Part shown: in pieces, positions 39,310 through 53,077 of the stretch
Position numbering within the stretch: position 1 is the first letter of the stretch
Layout: every line of letters starts with the position of its first letter
NCBI RefSeq assembly: GCF_006345805.1
Contig: NC_043006.1
Span: 85,126,001-85,190,000 of the forward strand
Direction: 5' to 3'
Origin: Octopus sinensis
Taxonomy: Eukaryota
Length of the DNA: 64,000 nt
Notes under the pieces: model-generated
What the model was told of the DNA's origin: nothing
The model's input: the letters and a program-made list of their open reading frames with translations, nothing else
The model's database searches: none
Position numbers and translations under genes: made by a program

Positions 39310-41194
39310 TTAAATAGCTATCACAAGATTTTACAATTTAATCTCTGTAGGCATTAGGCATTGCTTTGTGCAGTTCCTGCCATGAGATGAAGTCATTTGG
39401 TAATAGGTTGGCATTCTGTGTAGTGCAAAAGTTCATTGAAGAATTCGATAAGTTCAATTGATTTTATGATTGAACAATCTAACATTTCAAGTTCTTGCCC
39501 ATCAAACTCTTCTACAAACTCTCACTTGTATTAATTATTGCATTTGCTGACATAGGCCATTACTAGTTTCCACAAATTCTGAATTTTATCATAGAAATTT
39601 TTTTTCCCTTTTTTTTTTTTTTAACCCTCTCGATTTCTAAACATAATTGTTAACTTCAACCTGAAAGATAATCAAGAAACATAACCTCAAAGCCCTTAGC
39701 TCTTACCCTTCAAACTTCTTTACAAACTCATTAGTTTCTTTAAATTCTTAATTTTGCCTTACAAAAATTGTATGTTTTTTTTTTTTTTAACTCTCTCAGC
39801 TTCTAACCATGTTAACTGCAACCTGAAAAAAAAGTCAAGAAAACTAACCCTAAAACCCCAATCTCTTGTCTTTCAAAAATTGCATTTTGTCCCCCTTTTT
39901 TATCCCTGTCAACCTCCAAAAATAATTGTTAACTGCAACCTGAGAAAATGTCCACAAAAACAACCCCAAAAGCCCAAAACAAGTCCTAAAAAGACTTAAT
40001 GTCAACAGTACCAATAATGTTTAGCAATTTCAGTGGAAAAGATTTTTCTCTTGAGTGTTCTTCATTCTAAGATTTTTATAAGAAATTGCTCTCTGTAGAT
40101 AATAACTCTCAAGTGTATAATAACTAAATGTAATGTGCTATTTTGACAACAGCTCACCTGAACGCTACAAACTGTCAACAGATGGTTTAATGATGCAAGT
40201 GGAAATGAATAGTATTCGTTTGAGAAACATTGCCCTCCTCATTAAATATGCTGCATTTTAAGAAGGTGTGTGTGGGAGGGGGAGGTTAAAACCTATTGCA
40301 GTACAAACTTTCTATTTCTCTCTTTGTTGTAGTAAAGATTGTTTGCCAACATAACATGGCAGTTCTGGTTTAGGATGAATGTTGCTGTAATTTAGCCCCA
40401 GGAGACATCGTCTCCATCTGGCTATACAACACGATCTGTGTCCTTATATTTTCAAACAAGGGAATGTAGCACCCCCACTCAGCTCAAAACAATATCTGTC
40501 TGTACTGCTATTGCGTAAAAGCACCCAGTACACTCAGTAAAGTGGTTGGTGTTAGGAAGGGCATCCAGCTGTAGAAACCATGCCAAAATAGACATGGTGC
40601 CTGAACAGCCCTTCAGCTGGTCAGTCCTCTGTCAAACCGTCCAACCCATGCCAACATGGAAAGCCAACATTAAATGATGATAATGACAATTATGATGATA
40701 AGTCAATGAGTTACAGAGATTTATCAAAATAATTTATTCGTTATTAAGCTAGCGTTTGGATCATAGCAAACTTTGCTTACTTAAAACTACAGTACATATA
40801 AATATAAATTTAAAGACATTAGTTCAGAATGAGTGGATTGGTATCAAGGGGGTTAAGTAGTTGGGGTACAACTCTTCTCCAGATAAAATGCTGAAGATTT
40901 TGTGGGAGCCTTAATTTTGTTTTGCTTTTCCTTTTCTATTGGAGTTTAGTACTGCAAACCTAGAAAATAATGTTTTATGTTTTATCTAACAATAATTTGT
41001 TCTAATATGAAAATTATATGTTCTATGTTTTATTTAACAACAAATGGTATCTTGGTATTGAATTTAGAACAGTTCTAAAAGACTTCATTTCATTTTCTTG
41101 TTCAAACCAGATAGAATATTCTACCAAAGAGCTGTTAGAATTTACCAAACTCTCTATATATTGTGCTTATGTTCTTCCTTTTTTTTCTTTTCAG

Positions 41195-41279
41195 GTGCCA
41201 CAAGAGAAATGGGTTCTTCTCTCACACGGCTTTGCATGCGACATAGGAGTATAGAAAACAAGATAAAAACTTTAGCAAG
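41195..41279 (+). CDS. MTSS1: MTSS1/MIM (I-BAR/IMD domain protein) internal exon, equivalent to vertebrate exon 4
   Basis: Polypyrimidine tract+TTTCAG acceptor and GTGAGT donor; 85 nt, phase 1 to 2. Encodes (G)ATREMGSSLTRLCMRHRSIENKIKTLA(S), matching recalled human MTSS1 GGTREIGSALTRMCMRHRSIEAKLRQFS. Confidence 0.95.
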
Positions 41280-42023
41280 GTGAGTATGAAGGATTAGCAT
41301 GATACCTCCTATTTTCTACAAACCACTATTAACTTTTGTTTTGTTTTGTTTTTTTTACAATGGCATTCAGAATTCCATACCTTCTGTTTAATGTCCATTT
41401 TTCCATGGTTGCACGGAGCAGACAGAAAGGACATCCTGCCATAGAAATTGTACCACAACAAATTCTGTCTGACCCATGCAAGCTTGAAAAAGTAGACATA
41501 AGTGCGGAAGATAAGAAAGACAGACAGATATACATACATACATACATGCATACAATCAAACAAAGAGGACATCTATGAACCATTGATAAGGAGTTTGAAA
41601 ATCCAGTACCTAAGATACACTCTCTGCTTCATACCCATTATAATAGGAGCAAACAGGATACATACCAACCCATCTGGAGCAAACTATGGCTGAATTTGGA
41701 GTCTTGCAAATCCTTAATTCATATGCTACAAATGGTCATGATATCCAGAACTATTAAAATTTGCTGCTCCTTAAGATTTAAAGGATCTCTTTTTGTATCT
41801 CTTTTACTCGTTTCAGTCATTTGACTGTGGCCATGCTGGAGCACCGCCTTTTTAGTCGAGCAAATTGACCCCCAGGACTTATTTTTTGGAAGCATAGTAC
41901 TTATTCTATCGGTTTCTTTTGCCGAACCGCTAAGTTACAGTGACATGTAAACACCACCATCGGTTGTCAAGCGATGTTGGGGGGAGGGGACAAACAGTCA
42001 CACAAACATATACACACACATAC

Positions 42024-42061
<38 letters not shown>

Positions 42062-42609
42062 GACAGGCTTCTTTCAGTTTCCGTCTACCAAATCCACTCA
42101 CAAGGCTTTGGTCAGCCCGCGGCTATAGTAGAAGACACTTGCCCAAGGTACCACACAGTGGGAATGAACCCGGAACCATGTGGTTGGTAAGCAAGCTACT
42201 TACCACAAAGCCACTCCTTTGCCTTGATGATGGTTAAAACAACATACATTCCTTCATAACCAAGTTGGTGGCCAGTCAAAATTTCCTCTAAATTAAAAAG
42301 AGAAAGAATGCATTCACACACACACACACACACACACACTTATACATACATTTTAACTTGCACTTTTCCATACATAGAAACCAGTCGGATATACACACAC
42401 ACACACACACACTGAGTAGAAAACTTGAAGAACAGACGTTATTTTAACGAGACACATCTAAACCAACAGATGCTCCTAAACTAGTTGCTCAGTATCCCAT
42501 CTGTCGGGGATCAATGCTAGATGGGTCAAAACAATTGTCATGATCAATAAACATTCTCATATCTTCCATCAATCATATATATAATACAAAATAAGAAAAT
42601 GGAGAAATA

Positions 42610-42651
<42 letters not shown>

Positions 42652-44275
42652 AACTGGCTTCCACACACACACACATATAAGTTTGATATTAATGCCAATA
42701 CACAAAACTCTCGGCCCTTGAGTCACTCCTGCTGATTATTAATAAAATATATATATGGGATGAAGTGCTGATGAAGCTGAATCGTTCAGGTGAGATGACA
42801 AGGGCCGAGATACCTGGTGCCTGACTGTACTCAAGAAGACCCTAACCCCACAGCTGAAGTGTTAAGACCACTCTTTTGCTGGTGGTGTAAAGCACTTGTG
42901 GTGATGCAACATAAAAGTGCCCATGCAGTGCCACATAAAAGTACCCAGGATACTCTGTAAAGTGGTTGGCATTAGGAAGGGCATCCAGGCATAGACACCT
43001 TGTCAAATCATACTGGAGTCTGGTGCAGCCCCCTAGCTTGCTGGCCCCTGTAAGAAAGTTTACACACACACACACAGAATCAATTATTTATTTGCAAAGT
43101 AGCAAATGAAATTCCAAAGAATAATCCAACAACAAAGCTTATTGGTTGATAAATGGTAGATTTACTGCAAGTCTTAGAATAAATATGTGTGTGTGGCTGA
43201 GAAAGAGATATCCTTAGGGAACATAATGAAATGAAAGACATCAGTACTTTGGTACTGAGATATGGCACTGAAAATTTGGGTTTCAGTTACAGACTAAGGG
43301 TTTATTGATTTAGGATTTTTATGTGTGTGTGTGTGTGTGTCTTAGATAACAAGATATAGTCTAGACCAGAGGTTCTTAGTCTAATACAGTACTCCATTTA
43401 CTGAACGACATTTTACAAATGCTTCCTTTGTATGTTTTGAAAAAAAGATGCCAAAACAAAAGAAAAAGGAATTATTTTCATCAAACAGAGCAAAGTAATT
43501 TTGTACAGTAGTTGGCTGTGTGGCTAAGAAGTTTAATTCCCAACAGCATGGCTTTGGATTCAGTTTCCCACTATGTGGCATCTTGGGCAAGTGTCTTTTG
43601 CTGTGGTCCTGAGATGACCAAAGCCTTGTGAGTGGATTTGGTACATTGAAACTGAAAGAAGCCCTTGTGTGTGTGTGTGTGTGTTTTATGTGAAGGCACG
43701 TGGCTCAGTGGATAGAGCATCAGACTCACAAGAATGAGGTGGTGAGTTCAATTCCTGGACTGGACTCTGTGTTGTGTTCTTGAGCAAGATACTTTATTTC
43801 ACTTTGCTCCAGTTCACTCATCTGTAAAAAATGAGTTGTGACATCACTGGTGCATTGCTATATTGGCCTTTGCCTTTCCCTTGGATAACATTAGTGGTAT
43901 GGAGAGGGGAGGTTGGTATGCATGGACAACTGCTGGTCTTCCATAAACAATCTTGCCCAGTCTTGTACCTTTCTAGGTGCAGTCTCATAGTCATTCATAA
44001 CCAAAAGGGGGTCTTTACCCTTATATATACGTGTGTGTGTGTATCGGGGCATATATGTGACTGCATGTATGTGTCTCCTTATCTTGGTACTGTATGATAG
44101 TTGTCAAAGAGAGTTATTGTCATGCAAGCAGTGTCATTAATTTCTAATATTCAGTATAAACATATCTGGCCATGGGAAGATACTATTTTACTTTGGAAAT
44201 AAATGAGGACATTGAACAGGAAGAGCATTCAGCCATTGAAAAATCTGTCTCAGCAAATTTCATCCAAGCCATTAA

Positions 44276-44495
44276 CCCTTTTGTTACCAACCCGGCTGAA
44301 ACCAGCTCTGGATCTAAGTACAAATGTCTTGTTTTCATAAGTTTTGAATTAAAATCTTCCACCAAACCTTAGTCACAATTTATGTTCCTAACACTAGCTG
44401 AATGATAATTAAGTTATTTTACTAAATTCTTTGTTATATTCAAAGTAATTGAAAGAAACACAGAGCATCTCAAAATAAATACAGTAACGAAAGGG
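44276..44495 (-). mobile_element. piggyBac-type MITE (young family, reverse orientation)
   Basis: TTAA|CCCTTTTGTTACC ... GTAACGAAAGGG|TTAA. Confidence 0.85.
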
Positions 44496-44627
44496 TTAAA
44501 CAATTATGAAGATAATGATGACAACGATGAACGCTGCACATTTCCTTAGAAACATGGTAATAAAAGGGTGTTGCTCAGCTGATTCCTTCAGTTCCTTTGA
44601 ACCAGTTAACCATCTGTTTAGGAATAT

Positions 44628-44680
<53 letters not shown>

Positions 44681-45065
44681 CCTTACCTATATTTGAAGTA
44701 AATGTTGCTGTAATTCTTTAAAAATAGGTAAAACAAAATATATTTCTAAACAGATGGTTAACTAATTCAGAAGTTACGGGAAGAAAAAGAAAGCCAAAAC
44801 TTAGCTAACTTCCAGAAACCAGCCAAGCAGTGATATACCCTCTACACTAGAATAGCTGTTGTTACTGCCTTTCTCCTTCTGTCTGTGTGTTAGCTATTAT
44901 AGGCTGCCACCTTCATACATTGCCTTTTTTTTTGTTTTGTTTTTTTATAGACTAAACACTGCATTCACATTAACACAACATATGTTTACATCATATCTGC
45001 TGAGAAACTATTTACTGATAGGTGAGAGCATCGACATGCCTCTGCTTTCTAACTATATATATATA

Positions 45066-45105
<40 letters not shown>

Positions 45106-45749
45106 TCTATATATATAATATATATATATATATAGAGGGGGGGGCAGGTTATGGCTGTGTGGTAAGATGTTTGAAGTTTGCTTCCCAGCCACATGGTTCA
45201 AATCCCACTGTGTAGAACCTTGGGCAAGTGTCTTCCACTATAGCACTGAATCTTCTTGAGAACTATGTTAAGGGCACACATGTCTGTGGAGTGCTCAAAT
45301 CTACCAGAATATATTGATAATGAATAGATACATTATTGTGAGGGTGCATGGCTTAGGGGTGAGTGATATTCGGCTCATGATCGTAAAGCCGTGAGTTCAA
45401 TTCCTGACAGCACGTTGTGTCCTTGAGCAAGACACTTTATTTCATGTTTCTCCAGTCCACTCAGCTGGCAAGAATGAATAATGCCTGTATTTCAAAGGGC
45501 CAGCCTTGTCACATCCTGTGTCACGCTGGATCTCCCTAAGAACTACATTAAGGGTACACGTTTGTGGAGTGCTCAGCCACTTGCACATTAATTTCATGAG
45601 CAGACTGTTCTATTGGTTGGATCAACTGGAACCCCCGTCATCATAATCAGTGGAGTGCCAGACATTCGAAATCAAATTCGATAACTGGCATCCATGCTAG
45701 TGGACAGCTGAGAGTACCATACGCGCATGATCGTTACCAAAGCAACAAG

Positions 45750-46137
45750 CTTGCCTCCTTGCCAATGGCACATAAAAAGCACCATTTGAGTGTGATCGTT
45801 AACTGTGTCACCTTAGTGGCACTTGTGCTGGTGGCACATGAAAAAACATTCAAGTGAGGTCGTTGCCAGTGCCACTGGACTGGCTCCTGTGCAGGTGGCA
45901 CGAAAAAGCACCATTTGAGCATGGCCGTTGCCAGTACCGCCTGACTGGCCCTCGTGCCAGTGGCACGTAAAAGCACCCACTACACTCTCAGAATGGTTGG
46001 CATTAGGAAGGGCATCCAGCTATAGAAACTCTGCCAGGTCAGATTAGAGTCTGGTGTAGCCATCTGGTTCGCCAGACCTCAGTCAAATTGTCCAACCCAT
46101 GCTAGCATAGAAAGCGGACGTAAAACAATGATGATGA
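45750..46137 (+). mobile_element. Retroelement family C ending in (GAT)n (RTE-type LINE 3'UTR or derived SINE; also 8100-8345-, 17565-17760-, 23710-23900+, 24320-24615+, 51412-51810-)
   Basis: Conserved GTTAGGAAGGGCATCCAGCTGTAGAAAC ... GGAAAGCGGACGT..AATGATGATGAT 3' end with variable 5' truncation. Confidence 0.75.
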
Positions 46138-46880
46138 TTCTTACCATTCTACATGTGCTTCATGAATTAATATCAGTTTGGCAGACAGCAAGCAATTCGC
46201 TGATTTCTATAAACAAGAGCCAATAATCTTCTTGGGCCTATTACTATGGAGAGGTAGCTTTGACTGAAGTGAAAAAAAAAACAAGATCAAAACACTGCTG
46301 TGCTTAAAGTCTCCTTATATCTATGAATTGCATGTTGTGGACACACATTATCTAAATGCAGGAGACATTCTTCAGTGACAAATAACATCAGCAATCAGCC
46401 TTTTATTCATGTTGAAAATCTAACAGAATGTATAAAGAATGAATAGTTATGTTATTACTCTAATCACAGCTTATTTGTAGCCTGGTGCACTTTTCTCCTT
46501 CCTGTGTTTCTTTTGTTTATTTTTAAATTATACTTTGGCATCGCAGGTAGATGTTAGAAATTGATAGAACACCCAACAAAATATTTTGTAATTGGTTATA
46601 TCTCTTTATGTTCAGAGTTCAAATCCAGCTGAGGCCTACTTTCCTTCTCATTCTTCTGGTGGAGGTTCAATAGAATAATGAGGTCAATGTAATTGATTAG
46701 AATCCTAAAATGCAGTGTTCCAGTGTGGCTGCTGTCCAATGACTGAAACTAGTAAAAGAACAAGTTCTTAGTGTCAGTGTTTCTGTGGCTGTTATTGCAA
46801 TTGTTGTTTAGCCCCAGGTTAGCCCTGATCAAGCAAGTTTGATCAACAGCATCACCAGTCATGGTAGTCAACTTGCTCTT

Positions 46881-46911
<31 letters not shown>

Positions 46912-47450
46912 TTCTTTACTATTTAAATGTTAGTATTTGATCTGAGGATGGTTTGGTTGTTGCTCTTAGCAGTTTCAACACCTCATAGAGACTGCTAAAT
47001 ATTATTTTATTTATCTATAAGATTTTTCTAAAGAATTCTTTGGCAAAATTACTTCAATATTTTTCATCAGCAATTAACATTTGTTTCTCATACACACAAG
47101 CACACAACACACACACACACACTATCTCACACACACTCATTATACTTATCATATAAGTAACATTTATTACATAACTTAATGATGGCTGTTGTTTGGTTTT
47201 CTTTTGAATTTTTCTATATATTTTTGGTTAGTTTTTTTTTTCTTTTTTTCTTCTAATCATTAGTATGAATATCTTTATCATTCAGTCATCATTAAACTTT
47301 ATCTTTTATTAATTTATTTGATGTCTGTGTTGTTGGTTTTCATTTAATTATTACTCATTTATTTATGTTTTGCTAATTAGTACGAAAAAAGATTATCAGA
47401 TCATTTCTTATTGGTATATATTCTACTTTAATAACAATTATACAGATTAA

Positions 47451-47880
47451 GGCGGCGAGCTGGCAGAAACGTTAGCATGCCGGGCAAAATGCTTTGCGGT
47501 ATTTCGTCTGCCATTACATTCTGAGTTCAAATTCCGCCGAGGTTGACTTTGCTTTTCATCCTTTCGGGGTCGATTAAATAAGTACCAATTACACACTGGG
47601 GTCAATGTAATTGACTTAATCTGTTTGTCTGCTCTTGTTTGTCCTCTCTGTGTTTAGCCCCTTGTGGGTAGTAAAGAAATAGGTATTTCGTCTGCCGTTA
47701 CGTTCTGAGTTCAAATTCCGCTGAGGTCAACTTTGCCTTTCATCCTTTCGGGGTCGATTAAATAAGTACCAATTATGCACTGGGGTCGATGTAATTGACT
47801 TAATCCGTTTGTCTGTCCTTGATTGTCCCCTCTGTGTGTAGCCCCTTATGGGCAGTAAAGAAATAAGAAACGTTAGCAGA
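47451..47880 (+). mobile_element. SINE family B in tandem/dimeric form (also 1490-1890-, 25327-25465+, and dozens of decayed copies)
   Basis: GGCGGCGAGCTGGCAGAAACG head, B-box-like GAGTTCAAATTCC, GACTTTGCCTTTCATCC body; ~180-bp unit repeated head-to-tail. Confidence 0.8.
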
Positions 47881-48589
47881 CCAGGCAAAATGCTTAGCAG
47901 CATTTCTTTACGTTCTGAGTTCAAGTTCTACTGGGATTGACTTTGCATTTCATTCTTTCAAGGTTGATTAAATAAATATCAGTTAAGCACTGGAGTTGAT
48001 GTAATCAACTTACCCCTCCCCTGAAATTGCTGGCCTTGTGCCAAAATTTGAAACCTATATTATTAGAGCAGCAAGTTGGCAGAATTGTTTGAGCACTAGA
48101 AAAGAAAATCTTTACAGTATTTCTTCCAACTCTTTACATTCTGATTTCAAATCCTGTTGAGGTCAACTTTACCCTTTGTTCTTTCAAGGGTCAGTGAAAC
48201 AAAGGACCAGTTTTAAGTAAATGGGCCTGATGGTATTGATTAACCCTCTTCCTTAAAAATTGCTGGCCCTTCTGCCTAAATCAGAGATCAATGTTAATGA
48301 TACAAATAATGGAAAAGTGGTGAATTTGCAGTCATTAGATTATTGAATAGAATGGTTTGTGATATTTGTTGTGGTTCTTTGTTCTCTGAGTTCAAATCCC
48401 ACTAAAGTCAACTTTACCTTTTGTTTTTCCAGAGTCAATAAATAATGTATCAGTTCAGAGTAACAAATTGTCAGAATTCTTAGAATGTCAGACAAAATAC
48501 ACTTTTTGGTATTTGTTTCAGTTCTTCATGTTCTGGGTTGACATTCTACCTCAGGGTTTCCACCACTAGCTATATCACCATTTATACAT

Positions 48590-49400
48590 TCACTGAAAGA
48601 AGGGCTCAAGGTGAACCACAATAGACTGTGACACTGACCTCTCTCTCTCACTCTCTCTCCACCTCTTCTCACTTGGCACAGTTTTGCTTTGAATATAGCA
48701 CTGGAAAATTGAACTCTCAAGTCTTTCTTTACCTTGGGGCTCATGGTAGATACACTCTACAAGTGCGTGTAGCCTGTTTAGAACTACTTCAGCAAAAAAA
48801 AAAAAAATCTTGCGCATGATATTGAGCAGGGAGATGCTTCTGTAAGTGTTACAGTTGTGGTGGTCTCTCTTTTTCATGTACAGTGTGATGTTTACATCTC
48901 ACATGTCCTTAGGAACTGGTCCTTACTCCCAGCACTTTCAGGGTAGCTCATGAAGATGACTCAGTAGCATGGTTTCCCTTACTGAATTATTTCTGCCTGG
49001 TGCCTTACCATAAGCAAACAAGTTGTTGGGGCTCATTGGATTCATCATTCAGGAAAAAAATAATGTCATTCATGACAGATTGAGCTTGAATGCTAATGAG
49101 GGCAGATTCATTGACCGTCCTATCAATGAAGGACAAGTTTTGGTAATATTCAGCCCTCTTCTCTGTTAATATGATTCCTGATAAATAATACGTTGTCCTT
49201 GGACTTCAGAGGATCAATCTTACTGGTGGTGAGCCCCAAAGGTTTTCTTTATCCCTTAGATATTGTCACTGTCAACACAGTATGGACTGGATGTTTAGAT
49301 ACATATTCTACCAGTAATTGTTTGGCAGCATCTAGTTGTCCTTTGAGCACTGCTTCTTACTGTTTTCTCTGCACCAAAGTTCCTTTCCGGTGAATCTTTG
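48590..49400 (-). mobile_element. RTE-clade LINE reverse transcriptase fragment (degenerate)
   Basis: Minus-strand KRDHHNCNTYRSISLLNIMRKIF..AEVVLNRLHALVECIYHEPQ resembles RTE KGDRSDCNNYRGISLLSIVGKVFARVILNRL..ERVYPESQ; more broken RTE-like frames further upstream. Confidence 0.8.
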
Positions 49401-50245
49401 TTTTATCGAAGCCCTAACTAGACCATTCCATGGTATGTTGCTAAGTTCTGCCATGCTGGTGATGACAGGTTCCATCTCAAAGAGGATGGATTCAAACCGA
49501 CCTTAACTTCTCTTCTTTCTAAAGGATCACATGACTGTGTTATAAACAGTTTCACTGAGGAATTCTCATCTCCCTCTCATGGATATAGCGGCATGTTCAG
49601 TGAACTTTCATTTCAATTGATTGTTGAAGTCTTGTGCAAATTTCTGAGTTTGTTGCCCTCATGCTATTTATAATGTGTATCCTTTCTACTTGATGTGGTA
49701 GATCTTTAAGTTTAGTTGGACATGTTAGACAAATGGCTGTGTGATAAGAAGCTTGCTTCCCAACCACATGGCTCTGGGTTCAGTCCATCTTTGTGGCACC
49801 TTAGGCAAGTGTTTTCTACTATAGCCTTAAAGATGACTAAAACCTTGTGAGTGGGTTTGGTAGACAGACACTGAAATTGTCTCTGTGTGTTTCTTTGTCC
49901 CCCATCATTGCATGACAGCCAGTGTTGATGTGTTTACGTCCCTGTGACTTAGAAGTTCAGCAAAAGAGATCAATAGTATAAGTACCAAGCTTAGAAAATA
50001 AGTAATGGGGTCAATTCATTTAACTAAAAAAAATCCTTCACGGCAGTGCCCTTGCATGGCTGCACTCTAATGACTGAATCAAGTCAAAGATAATATTCGG
50101 TGCCTTCATGGACCGGTTCTGATACCAAGACTCTGTATTACCATTTGTTTGTCTCGTTACATGTTGCCATGCTTAAAGTTCAGTTTTCTTCAGTTTTTCT
50201 ATGAGTACATGTGGCTCTAATGTTTAATCTTCATCTTTTTTACAG

Positions 50246-50337
50246 TACTATAACTGAAAATCTTGTTGCACCTTTACAAGAGAAGATGGAAGAGTGGAAA
50301 CGTAATGTGGCACATTTGGACAAAGAACATGCAAAAG
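50246..50337 (+). CDS. MTSS1: MTSS1/MIM exon (equivalent to exon 5)
   Basis: TTTTTACAG acceptor, GTATAT donor; 92 nt, in frame with the previous exon. Encodes (S)TITENLVAPLQEKMEEWKRNVAHLDKEHAK(E) versus human ALIDCLINPLQEQMEEWKKVANQLDKDHAKE. Confidence 0.95.
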
Positions 50338-50582
50338 GTATATTCATTTTCACATATTGATTAATTGAATGGTTGATTGATTGATTGCTCACTGCCTTGG
50401 GTCAGTGATTCAAAAGTCATGATTTCAAAACCTACATTTGGTATTATAGTCCGCTCTTAATTAAGTCACACAACTTGACTCTGCTTACTTATTTCAATCA
50501 ACATAGATAAAAATAAATTATGTGACAAATAGATTGTAAAAAGTAGATTGTGTGTGTGCATGCGCGTATACATACACATATA

Positions 50583-51834
50583 CTGGGTGTGGGGAATAAA
50601 TTGTCATCTAAATTACACAAAAAATGAAAATAATGCTAACATCTCATTTTAACAGATATATTTGCCAAAATTACATAAAAATAGCTTAAAATACTAAAGA
50701 GTAAATTTATTCAATAAAATCGTCATTGGCTTCGAGCACGGCCTTCAGATGATTTGGGAATCTTCTGCAACTCTTCTGGATGGTCTCCTTCTTTAAGTTA
50801 TTCAATGCTGCCATAATCCTTGCCTTCAGTTCATCTTTGGTGTTACAAGGAGTTTTGTTGGTCTCTCACTCAACTGTGCCCCACACATAATAATCAAGGA
50901 GGCTGCAGTCTGGGGAGTTAGGTGGCTAGATGTTAGGGGTGATGGGGTCACAGAAATTGTCTGATGGCCATGACTGGGTTCTTCTGCTTGTGTGGCATGG
51001 TGCAGAATCCTGTTGCCAGACATAGGGTCTTCCAGCAGCCACCCTCTTGACCCAGAGCAGAACTACCTCCTTCAGGCACTTGATGTTGGCCTCCATGTTG
51101 AATCTGAGGCCATGTGGGAAGATGAACAGAGGCATAATGTTACCATCACTAGTGATCACTCTAAACACTATGATGTTGACTGGATGTTTGATTTTTATTA
51201 CTCTTGGTACATTTCCTCAGATTGACACCCCCAACACTCTGAAATGTTCGTATTGGAGCTTCTGGTGCAAATACCAAGCAGTACAGCTTGTTATTTCCAA
51301 ATTTCTGGCAGAGTGAATTGCATCATGGTGCTATTTTCGTCACAGACAGTGCCCAGTTGACCCTACTATACTTTGTAGTCAACCAAATAAAAAATAATGT
51401 GCATGCATGAAATTCATCATCATCATCATCATTTAACGTCCGCTTTCCATGCTAGCATGGGTTGGACGGTTCGACTGGGGTCTGGGAAGCCAGGAGGCTG
51501 CACCAGGCCGGCCCAGTCTGATCTGGTAGTGTTTCTACAGCTGGATGCCCTTCCTAACGCCAACCACTCCATGAGTGTAGTGGGTGCTTTTTACGTGCCA
51601 CCGGCACAGGTGCCAGATGAGGCTGGCAACAGCCATGATCGGTTGGTGCTTTTTACATGCCACCTGCACAGAGGCCAGTCGAGGCGGCGCTGGCATCAGC
51701 CACATTCGCATGGTTCTTTTACATGCCACCGGCACTGGTATCACAACTGCAATTTCCATTGATTTTTGATCAATTTCGATTTCACTTGCTTCAACAGGTC
51801 TTCGCAATGGCAACAGTTTACCTCTCGCACCCTG
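50583..51834 (-). mobile_element. Tc1/mariner maT (DD37D) internally deleted element, interrupted by a (GAT)n-tailed retroelement at ~51412-51810
   Basis: Minus-strand transposase remnant ...PYVWQQDSAPCHTSRRTQSW...; degenerate TIRs CTGGGTGTGGGGAATAAATTG / CAACAGTTTACCTCTCGCACCCTG; TA at the left end. Confidence 0.85.
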
Positions 51835-52506
51835 TGTATAAAACAAACAAATTGCATGTAAAGCTCTTATGACAACTGGAACAACACTGAACTGTTCTTG
51901 TTGTTTAGCCCTAGGACAGTCCTTTTAGCAGAGGCCTATAATTATTATAAGCATTCCAATTGTGATCATGTGGGCCTTTTATTTATTCTGTTACATTTAT
52001 TTATTTATTTGATATAGAGTATTTAAGACTGTATTATCCAATAATTATGCTCAGCCTTCACTCACAAGTGAGTATGGCTTAGTAGCATGTCCCATGCTTT
52101 CACTAATTCTTTTAGGTGCCTGAGTAGTTGAGAGCAAGCATAGACATCCTCTCAAACTCCCTCATCCTTGAGCTAGCACTTGTGATAGTTGGAAGGAAAG
52201 AGAGCTGCACCAGTATCTGTTTGGTACATATTTACAGACTGGAGCAACATGAAATGAAATGTCTTGCCCAGGGATTGAACCCACATGCTTACAATCACAA
52301 ACCAAGTACTTTTAACCACTAAGCCACATGCTTCCCTATGTCATTCCAATAAGTCCTTATTTTTTCCAAGGAGGGTGGGCTATTATTTGTAACAGATTGA
52401 GCAATCCTGAAGATTTCCTTACCAGTTCAGGGGATTTTCTTTAAAACTGGTAAACTGCCATCTAGAAACTGATACACAACTGGTAATCCTGATCTCTCTC
52501 TCTCTC

Positions 52507-52580
<74 letters not shown>

Positions 52581-53046
52581 CCTACCTGCATAGATCTTTC
52601 AGTAGAAACAAATAGATGGCTTGAGATAGGTCAGTTTATATTTATTACCAATCCTACTTATACAGTTTGCTAACAAAATCTAATATTGACTTTATTCTTG
52701 CATTAGACCAGACAAGAGACTATACATGCCAAAAGTTATGGCCATAGACGGAATGTATTTTAAATTAGCATTATGTGTGTGTGTGTGTGTGTGTGCAGGT
52801 GCGCACGTATGTGTATATACTCACACTGTCATCATCATTGTTTTAACTTCCGCTTTACTATGCTCGTATGGAATTTGTTGAGGTAGATTTTCTATAGCCA
52901 GGTGTCTGTATTATTGTCAGTCCTCACCTGTTTGCATGTAAGGTAATATTTCTTCATGCCCAGAAGACTGGAAATGAAGGACACCACTTACATGACAGTG
53001 ACACTCATTTACAACTATCACACACTCTCAAGACAAGAAAACAATA

Positions 53047-53077
<31 letters not shown>

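Noticed and set aside
47451-48430. Regularly spaced repeats as a CRISPR-like array
   Set aside because: Eukaryotic SINE tandem units with no unique spacers and no cas genes.
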